From: Candidatus Hodarchaeum mangrovi
GTDB lineage: Archaea; Asgardarchaeota; Heimdallarchaeia; Hodarchaeales; Hodarchaeaceae
Reading direction: 5' to 3'
Assembly: GCA_016839515.1 (NCBI GenBank)
Contig: JAEOUE010000237.1
Coordinates: forward strand, 1-11,633
DNA: 11,633 bases
The notes beneath the pieces were generated by a model, which was given only the letters and a program-made list of their open reading frames with translations, was not told where the DNA came from and made no database searches. Position 1 is the first letter of the stretch. The number at the start of each line of letters is the position of its first letter. Below are positions 1 to 6,292 of this stretch, piece after piece. Both the position numbers and the translations under genes were made by a program.

Positions 1-1313
1 GATTCTACCCCATGAAGTTCTAGTGCTGCCTGATTCAATGTTATAATATTAAAATTCAAATCGGTTAATGTTATACCCTCAGGATTAAATTCAATAAGCT
101 TTCGATAATCCTCCTGTGCTGTTTTTTCGGATGTTATATCAGAAAGTAAGCCAAATGAACCAATCAATTCATTCTCAGGATTGTATAATGCAGTTCCAGC
201 CACACGAGTAATAACTTGCGTCCCATCTTTTCTTAGAAAAGTCAATTCATAAGTAGATGAAGGAATGCCATTCACATAGCGTTCTTTAACTTTTTTATCA
301 AAAAATTCTTTAGATAAGGGACTCAAGAACTCCTCAACATGTCTTTCTCTCATTTCCTCTAATGTCCATCCAAGAAGTTTTTCCAAAGCAGGATTAACAT
401 ATAACGTTTTATTTTCTAAATCAGTTACCCAGACCCCTTCAAGTGCGGTGGTGATTAAAGTTCGATAGCGAGCTTCACTTTCTTTCAGCTCTTTTAAAAC
501 CTCTTTCATTTTTGTAATATCATAGACAATAACTAAGTCAGCAGGCTCATTTAAATAATTAATTAATCCTGCACTAATCTCAACTTCAACAGCTTTTCCA
601 TTTGAGGTTATTAATGTTGTTTCATAAGTAGTAGGAATGTTTTCGCCTTTCATACGACTTTCATAACGCTTAACAACTTCTAGAAGGGCCTTGGGATGAA
701 TAAAATTCGTAAATGGTTGATCTAATACCTCTTCGATTGTTAAACCTGCTAATTGAGCAAGAGCTTGATTTACTAGTTTGATTCTACCATCTTGAACAAT
801 AGTAATCCCGATCTTAGCTCTTTCGACTAAAATCCGATATTTTTCTTCTGATTCTTTTAAACGAGTCTCTGCCTCCCTTTGTTCTTGTACACTTCTTACA
901 AATCCTAATAAACCTTTGATTTGACCACCAAGAATTAATGGGGAACCTTTAACCTCATATAGTCTATAGGATTCATCCTTTGATTGTATTCGTATTTCTA
1001 AAGTATCAGTTTGATTACCTTGAATGATCTCCTGAAATCCATTTAAAGCTTTATTTATGTCTTCAGGATGAATTCTTTCGTCAAATTTGGACCCTATCCA
1101 TGAATTTACTGGCCAACCAGTTAATTTTTCAATAGCTGGATTAACAAAAGTAATAATTCCTTTTAAATCAGTAGTAAAAAGAATATTTCGAGATGCATGA
1201 ACTAAACTTCTATATAGTTCCTCAGACTCCTTCCTGTGCATTAAACCCCTCCGAATAGCGTCTTTAATGTCTTTTGGTATATCCTCTCTGGTCATCAATG
1301 ATTCTAGTTCCAT
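1..1313 (-). CDS. Multi-PAS-domain sensor protein (PAS S-box; probable histidine kinase), 3' end outside the window
   Basis: Manual translation from ATG at 1313 (in-frame TAA upstream at 1349-1347) is open for 437 codons to the window edge: MELESLMTREDIPKDIKDAIRRGLMHRKESEELYRSLVHASRNILFTTDLKGIITFVNPAIEKLTGW...IHPED...KESEEKYRILVE...VNQALAQLAG...FIHP...YDIT...KESEARYRTLI...YVNPALEKLLGW...RKDG...SDIT...EDYRKLIEFNPEGITLTD...LNQAALELHG. This gives three complete PAS/PAC repeats and the start of a fourth. The output domain is not visible, so the kinase call is inference. Confidence 0.93.
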   Translation of the reverse strand, partial: MELESLMTREDIPKDIKDAIRRGLMHRKESEELYRSLVHASRNILFTTDLKGIITFVNPAIEKLTGWPVNSWIGSKFDERIHPEDINKALNGFQEIIQGNQTDTLEIRIQSKDESYRLYEVKGSPLILGGQIKGLLGFVRSVQEQREAETRLKESEEKYRILVERAKIGITIVQDGRIKLVNQALAQLAGLTIEEVLDQPFTNFIHPKALLEVVKRYESRMKGENIPTTYETTLITSNGKAVEVEISAGLINYLNEPADLVIVYDITKMKEVLKELKESEARYRTLITTALEGVWVTDLENKTLYVNPALEKLLGWTLEEMRERHVEEFLSPLSKEFFDKKVKERYVNGIPSSTYELTFLRKDGTQVITRVAGTALYNPENELIGSFGLLSDITSEKTAQEDYRKLIEFNPEGITLTDLNFNIITLNQAALELHGVE

Positions 1314-1699
1314 AGGGATGAACAATCCAATAAGTTCTGATGATATTTACTTGATGTTAATACTGAGCTAGTACGATATTAAGGTATTTGTACATAAATA
1401 TAATTAGTTAAATTATAAATTAAAATTCAAATTGAGTCGGAAAGTAGAACAATCGAGTATAATAATAGATGAACACAAATAAAATAATCAAATTCCTTTA
1501 AAATATGAACTTTTCATTAACTACTAACCCTAATTTTTCAATTGTTTTGTTAATTTTAATCTGAATCTCACTAGTTAAGATATGAATTATTTTAAAGAAA
1601 GTAAAAGAGAAAAAATGGAAGTTATAAAACATACTCTCAGTTTACCGGAAATAATATGTAATAACAATTATTATCTCTACTTTGCTAATCTAATAATAA

Positions 1700-1719
1700 A
1701 TCTAAAAGAAATTTTAGAT
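1700..1719. promoter_or_regulatory. Perfect 8-bp inverted repeat ATCTAAAA-GAAA-TTTTAGAT; candidate operator or RNA hairpin
   Basis: Seen directly in the 510-bp divergent intergenic region, about 105 bp upstream of the dehydrogenase start. Function is inferred. Confidence 0.35.
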
Positions 1720-1809
1720 CCATTCTTAATACAAGCTTTTGGATCATTCACATCTGGTAGAAGGACTATAGGTTATATTATACTCGAAATATTTTAAAAA
1801 AAGATTTAA

Positions 1810-1814
1810 GGAGA
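1810..1814 (+). promoter_or_regulatory. Shine-Dalgarno-like site GGAGA for the dehydrogenase gene
   Basis: AAGGAGA ending 9 nt before the GTG at 1824. A TATA-like TTATATTA lies at 1773-1780. Confidence 0.6.
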
Positions 1815-1823
1815 ATAAAAAAG

Positions 1824-3038
1824 GTGAATAAAGCACTTGTTCTAGGAGGATGCGGAGCCGTAGGGAGTATAGCCGTGAAAACATTATCAAACTTTTCTGA
1901 CTTCTCATTAATAACAATTGGAGATATTAACGAAACTGAAGGTACAAAATTAGTCTATTCTGATACAACAGGAAAATTAAGGTTTCAGAAGGTAGATGCT
2001 AACTCTATAGATAGTCTTGAACAGTCAATAAATACACATGATATAGTTATAAATTGTATAGGACCTTTTTATAAATTTGGTCCCATAATTCTCAAAGCAG
2101 CTATTAATTCAAGAAAAAAGTACATTGACATTAATGACGATGTTGATGCTACACGAGAAGTATTAAAATTAAATAAAACAGCAAAAGAAGGCCAAATAAC
2201 AGCAATTATCGGCATGGGAAGTTCTCCAGGTGTTACAAATCTTCTTGCTAAATTTGCTGAACAACTCCTTGACTCCATAATAGCAATCGACATATATCAT
2301 GCTCATGGTGGAGAGCCTAAAGAAGGACCAGGGGTAGTTTTCCACCGTATCCATGCAATGACAATTAAAATACCAATTTACGTTAATGGCGAATTTAAAA
2401 CTGTTTCTTTTTTTAGTGATGAAGGAAAAGCATTAGAAGAAATAATAGACTTTGGAAAAATTGGAAAACATCGCGTCCATGTCTATCCTCATCCTGAGAC
2501 AATAACCTTACCTAACTATATTAAAGGGGTGAAACGAGTGACGAATAAAGGAACAGTTTTACCTTCAGAATATTTTTATCTAACAACAGATCTTGTTCGG
2601 CTTGGTTTAACCAAAGAACAGCCATTAAATGTAAAGGGAACTGAAATTTCTCCTCTCGATTTTGCCATTGCATACCTTATTGATGAACGAGACAAAATCT
2701 TAAGAAAAACAGATTTTGGAAAACAACGAGGATGTGTAAAAATTTTTGTGGAAGGAATGAAAGAAAATAAGCCACATAAAATAATTTTTACCCTTACATC
2801 CGAGTCTCAAGCTATGGGAGAAGGTACAGGGATGCCTGTGGCTTTTGGAGCGATAATGCTTCAAAGAAAATTAATCACGGAATATGGAGTACTACCCCCT
2901 GAAGCTGTTGTCAATCCAATTGAATTTTTGAATATCATGCAAGAATACTTAGAACTTGATTCTGCAACTGGGGGATTATCACCTCTTAAGATTGAATCAA
3001 TAGATTCAGGAGGAAAAATAGAGATTTTAAGATTGTAA
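1824..3038 (+). CDS. Saccharopine dehydrogenase / lysine 6-dehydrogenase-family NAD(P)-dependent oxidoreductase
   Basis: 404 aa, GTG start with SD. Rossmann motif LVLGGCGAVG, acidic GDIN at the end of beta-2, and family motifs VINCIGPFY, YIDIND, GMGSSPGVTN, HPE, GVLPPE. Substrate unknown. Confidence 0.88.
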   Translation: MNKALVLGGCGAVGSIAVKTLSNFSDFSLITIGDINETEGTKLVYSDTTGKLRFQKVDANSIDSLEQSINTHDIVINCIGPFYKFGPIILKAAINSRKKYIDINDDVDATREVLKLNKTAKEGQITAIIGMGSSPGVTNLLAKFAEQLLDSIIAIDIYHAHGGEPKEGPGVVFHRIHAMTIKIPIYVNGEFKTVSFFSDEGKALEEIIDFGKIGKHRVHVYPHPETITLPNYIKGVKRVTNKGTVLPSEYFYLTTDLVRLGLTKEQPLNVKGTEISPLDFAIAYLIDERDKILRKTDFGKQRGCVKIFVEGMKENKPHKIIFTLTSESQAMGEGTGMPVAFGAIMLQRKLITEYGVLPPEAVVNPIEFLNIMQEYLELDSATGGLSPLKIESIDSGGKIEILRL

Positions 3039-3071
3039 CTCTACCAAAATTTTAATTAAAAGTGAATTTGT

Positions 3072-4646
3072 ATGAACAATTCTAAGAAATATATCTTATC
3101 TTTTGATCATGGAACTTCTGGAATTAAAGCTGCCATAGTTTCCACTTATGGAAAGGTAATTGATTTCGAATATGAACATACACCAGTCTATTTCATTGGA
3201 AAAGGAGGAGCAGAACAAAATCCTGATACTTGGTGGAATGCTATCCTTAAATCTGCAAAACGGTTACTGGATAAAGATTTAGTACCAATCGAGAACATTG
3301 TGGCTATATCAAACTCTTCGCAGTGGTCAGGGACAATCCCAGTCGATGAAGATGGTAATCATCTTTCAAATGCCATAATTTGGATGGATTCCAGAGGGGC
3401 TCAATATTTAAGGAATATCGTTTTTACTGGATTTCCAAAAATATCTGGATATCCATTGAAAGATATTATTCGATTTATCTATAAAAATGGAGGAGCTCCA
3501 GGTTTATCAGGGAAGGATCCAATAGCTCATATTTTATTTTTGAAGTATGAAATGCCAGAGATCTATAATAAGACATTTAAATTTCTTGAGTGTATAGATT
3601 ATTTAAATTATAAATTTACAGGAATATTCGCCGCATCGACAACCTCAATAACTTTACATTGGATTACTAACACACGCAACATTAACAAAATATTCTATGA
3701 CCAAGGTTTATTGAATCGATTTAAAGTAGATAAAAACAAGTTTCCAGTTTTAAAATTACCAACTGAAATACTGGGAACATTAAGACCAGAAATTGCAGAT
3801 GAATTAGGGCTCTTGAAAAACGTTAAGGTTGCAATGGGTGCACCAGACCTCCAATCTGCAGTTATTGGATCAGGAGCTGTAAATGATTACCAGGGACATA
3901 TTTACATAGGAACTAGTTCTTGGGTAATATGTCACGTACCATTTAAAAAAACAGACATATTTCATAACATTGCATCAATCCCATCTGCAATTCCAAGAAA
4001 ATATTTTGTTGTTAATGAACAGGAAACTGCAGGAGCATGTTTAACATTTCTACGGGATAATATATTTTATCCTGACAATAACAAATACTTTGGTAATCCT
4101 AAAGCTTATCAAATATTTGATGAATTAGCATCAAAGGCTCCTACTGGATGTAGAGGATTAATTTTCACACCATGGTTGTATGGAGAACGAACTCCAGTAG
4201 AAGACCATAATGTACGAGGTACTCTATTCAATTTATCCTTAACAACTAAGAAAGAAGAAATTATAAGGGCAGCTTTGGAAGGAGTGGCTTTTAATACTCG
4301 CTGGGTTCTGAAATATGTGGAAAAATTCATCAAAAAACCAATGAACACCTTAAATATAATAGGAGGAGGAGCACAATCTGAAATCTGGTGTCAAATATAT
4401 GCAGATATTTTAAATAGAACAATAAAACAAGTGGAAAATCCTATACAAGCTAATGCACGTGGAACCGCTTTAATAGCTTCAGTTGCTTTAGGGTATATCA
4501 AGTTTACTGATATCCCAAAATTAACACGGTTTTCAGGAGTTTTTGAACCTATATCAGAAAATGTCACTACTTATAATAGAATCTTCAAGGAGTTTATTGA
4601 TATCTATAAGAGGAATCAAAAAGCATTCAAACGTTTGAATGCTTAG
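3072..4646 (+). CDS. FGGY-family carbohydrate kinase (xylulokinase-like)
   Basis: 524 aa. Motifs FDHGTSGIKA (phosphate-1), AEQNPDTWW, IIWMDSR, GAPD, IGTSSW, PWLYGERTP, LEGVAF, IGGGAQSEIWCQIYAD, ARG. Starts 33 bp after the dehydrogenase, so probably co-transcribed. Confidence 0.92.
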   Translation: MNNSKKYILSFDHGTSGIKAAIVSTYGKVIDFEYEHTPVYFIGKGGAEQNPDTWWNAILKSAKRLLDKDLVPIENIVAISNSSQWSGTIPVDEDGNHLSNAIIWMDSRGAQYLRNIVFTGFPKISGYPLKDIIRFIYKNGGAPGLSGKDPIAHILFLKYEMPEIYNKTFKFLECIDYLNYKFTGIFAASTTSITLHWITNTRNINKIFYDQGLLNRFKVDKNKFPVLKLPTEILGTLRPEIADELGLLKNVKVAMGAPDLQSAVIGSGAVNDYQGHIYIGTSSWVICHVPFKKTDIFHNIASIPSAIPRKYFVVNEQETAGACLTFLRDNIFYPDNNKYFGNPKAYQIFDELASKAPTGCRGLIFTPWLYGERTPVEDHNVRGTLFNLSLTTKKEEIIRAALEGVAFNTRWVLKYVEKFIKKPMNTLNIIGGGAQSEIWCQIYADILNRTIKQVENPIQANARGTALIASVALGYIKFTDIPKLTRFSGVFEPISENVTTYNRIFKEFIDIYKRNQKAFKRLNA

Positions 4647-4653
4647 AAGATAA

Positions 4654-5847
4654 CTAAAATCCTAGGATACCTCTTAAAAAAATAACGAAAACAAAAATTT
4701 GGGCAACAGTTATCGTGAAACCCTCATAAATATCTAACTTTTGGTCATCAGTCATTGATGATTTAATCATGAATAAAAGCAACCAAGCAAAACCAAATTG
4801 AACTAAAAGAAAAGGTATAGGTATTTCCCCTTCTACATAATGTATGAGTGGAATCCCACTCAAGCTATTTCCAGCAATCCCAATAACAGCACCTAGAAAA
4901 GAAAAAAGGGAAACTAATCCTGTTATCAATAGTAAATTCTGCATACTCCCTGCAATTAAATTTCCAAGTCCAAGTTCGATACCACCCTCATGTTTTACTG
5001 CTAATAGAGCAATAGCATGTTCGGGTATGGAAGCAGCAGCACCAATAAAAAAGGCAAGTTGAAATTCATTTAATATAATACCAATGTCATGAGATTGCTC
5101 TAGAAATAATTCTACAGATGATGAAATCATTTCACCTGCAAAGAATATCATTCCAAACGCTAATACTAATATAAAAATAAGGAAGGAACGGTTACCTAGC
5201 TCATGTTCATCTAGTGCAGCTTTAGAAAGGGGAAGACGATTCTTAAGATTGTGACGTATTATAAAGAAGATATAAAACAGATATACGATAACCATAATCA
5301 AATTAGCCTCATAAGGAAGAAATGGAACAGTTTGCTGAGCATTAGTTGCTATCTCAAAGATCTCGATACAAAACAATACAATACCATAGACAAATATTGA
5401 ACCGACAATTACAATAGCTACCCTTACAATAGGAACCTCGATCTCTACTACTTCTTGAGGAATTGCAATTGGTTTTTTATGATTAAAATTCCCTATTATA
5501 ATTAAAATTCCAAGCATTAATATGTTAAAACCAGTGGCTATTATTATAAATGCTATAGCAAATTCTACCTGTCCATTTAAGATGGCAAAAAATCCAATAA
5601 CGAGTTCTGGAGAATTACTTGCGAGGGAAGAGAGTACTCCAGAAACATATGGTGTAAATCCTAGTTTTTTACCTAAAATGTCTACTCCCTCTACTGCTTT
5701 TTCCGAAGCAAGAATAGCTATAATTAATCCCACGATCATAAACAGAATAAGAAATATTGCAGATAAAAATTCTTTAGATAACCAAAAGATAGCTATAAGA
5801 AGTGCAAACAATGAAAAAATAATTCGATCGAACTTTCTAAATTTCAT
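4654..5847 (-). CDS. CaCA-superfamily cation/Ca2+ antiporter (Na+/Ca2+ or Ca2+/H+ exchanger-like membrane protein)
   Basis: 397 aa, highly hydrophobic with roughly 11 TM-like segments by eye. Two alpha-repeats: LSSLASNSPELVIG...IATGFNIL and IGAAASIPEHAIAL...LGNLIAGSMQNLL. C-terminal DDQKLDIYEG resembles the CaCA terminal motif. Confidence 0.85.
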   Translation of the reverse strand: MKFRKFDRIIFSLFALLIAIFWLSKEFLSAIFLILFMIVGLIIAILASEKAVEGVDILGKKLGFTPYVSGVLSSLASNSPELVIGFFAILNGQVEFAIAFIIIATGFNILMLGILIIIGNFNHKKPIAIPQEVVEIEVPIVRVAIVIVGSIFVYGIVLFCIEIFEIATNAQQTVPFLPYEANLIMVIVYLFYIFFIIRHNLKNRLPLSKAALDEHELGNRSFLIFILVLAFGMIFFAGEMISSSVELFLEQSHDIGIILNEFQLAFFIGAAASIPEHAIALLAVKHEGGIELGLGNLIAGSMQNLLLITGLVSLFSFLGAVIGIAGNSLSGIPLIHYVEGEIPIPFLLVQFGFAWLLLFMIKSSMTDDQKLDIYEGFTITVAQIFVFVIFLRGILGF

Positions 5848-5887
5848 TTGAGCTCTCAGACCAACCTAAGGAGTGTATTTCTACTTA

Positions 5888-5960
5888 AAATGGTAAAATT
5901 TTCCATAATCTAAAAATTTACGGATTGGTAATTTTAGTCCTTTTCTAAAATTTACCATTT
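5888..5960. repeat. Four alternating-orientation copies of TGGTAA(A)TTTT(AG), forming two tandem imperfect palindromes with 35-bp period; candidate operator array
   Basis: TGGTAAAATTTT (5891-5902), CTAAAAATTTAC (5910-5921), TGGTAATTTTAG (5926-5937), CTAAAATTTACCA (5945-5957). Outer arms AAATGGTAAA (5888-5897) and TTTACCATTT (5951-5960) are perfect reverse complements. Confidence 0.6.
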
Positions 5961-6113
5961 AATGACGGAAAAAGGAGTTTAATTATATATATAATAATTA
6001 ATTTGAATTAAAATTATCACTAAAGAGAATTATTAATAATTTCTTAGTTAATATCATCAATTTTTTAGTAGATGTTCTATTTTCATTCATAAATTGAAAA
6101 AAGAATAAAAATA

Positions 6114-6127
6114 TTTATCTAGATAAA
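6114..6127. promoter_or_regulatory. Perfect 14-bp palindrome TTTATCTAGATAAA; candidate regulator site
   Basis: Seen directly in the antiporter/TPR divergent intergenic region. The AT-rich context lowers significance. Confidence 0.3.
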
Positions 6128-6292
6128 ATTTATATCAATCTTTTAATTATAGAAATAGTACTAGGGTAATCTGGTCCATTTTAATCATGACTTTCTTCGC
6201 TCAGAAACTTATTTTTTTAAAATTAATAAATAGTAAATTGAACGTTAATATTAAAGATCTACTTATTTTATACCCCAAAAACTCTTTTCAGT

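Noticed and set aside
1582-1797. 71-aa ORF (MNYFKESK...) in the divergent intergenic region
   Set aside because: Ile/Asn/Leu/Tyr-rich composition typical of translated AT-rich non-coding DNA, no SD or domain motif, and it overlaps the likely promoter of the dehydrogenase. A small protein cannot be fully excluded.
2069-2354. Two short minus-strand ORFs (74 and 61 aa)
   Set aside because: Antisense shadows inside the well-supported dehydrogenase gene, with no motifs.
4109-4348. 79-aa minus-strand ORF
   Set aside because: Antisense shadow within the FGGY kinase.
3072-4646. Assigning the symbol xylB
   Set aside because: Substrate-site motifs differ from canonical xylulokinase and no xylose-pathway genes are adjacent.
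4844-5851. Plus-strand ORFs 4844-5062 and 5522-5851
   Set aside because: Antisense shadows of the hydrophobic antiporter gene; no independent coding evidence.
5888-5960. Mini-CRISPR interpretation of the 35-bp periodic repeat
   Set aside because: Only two degenerate units, directly adjacent with no spacer-length unique sequence, and no cas genes in the window.
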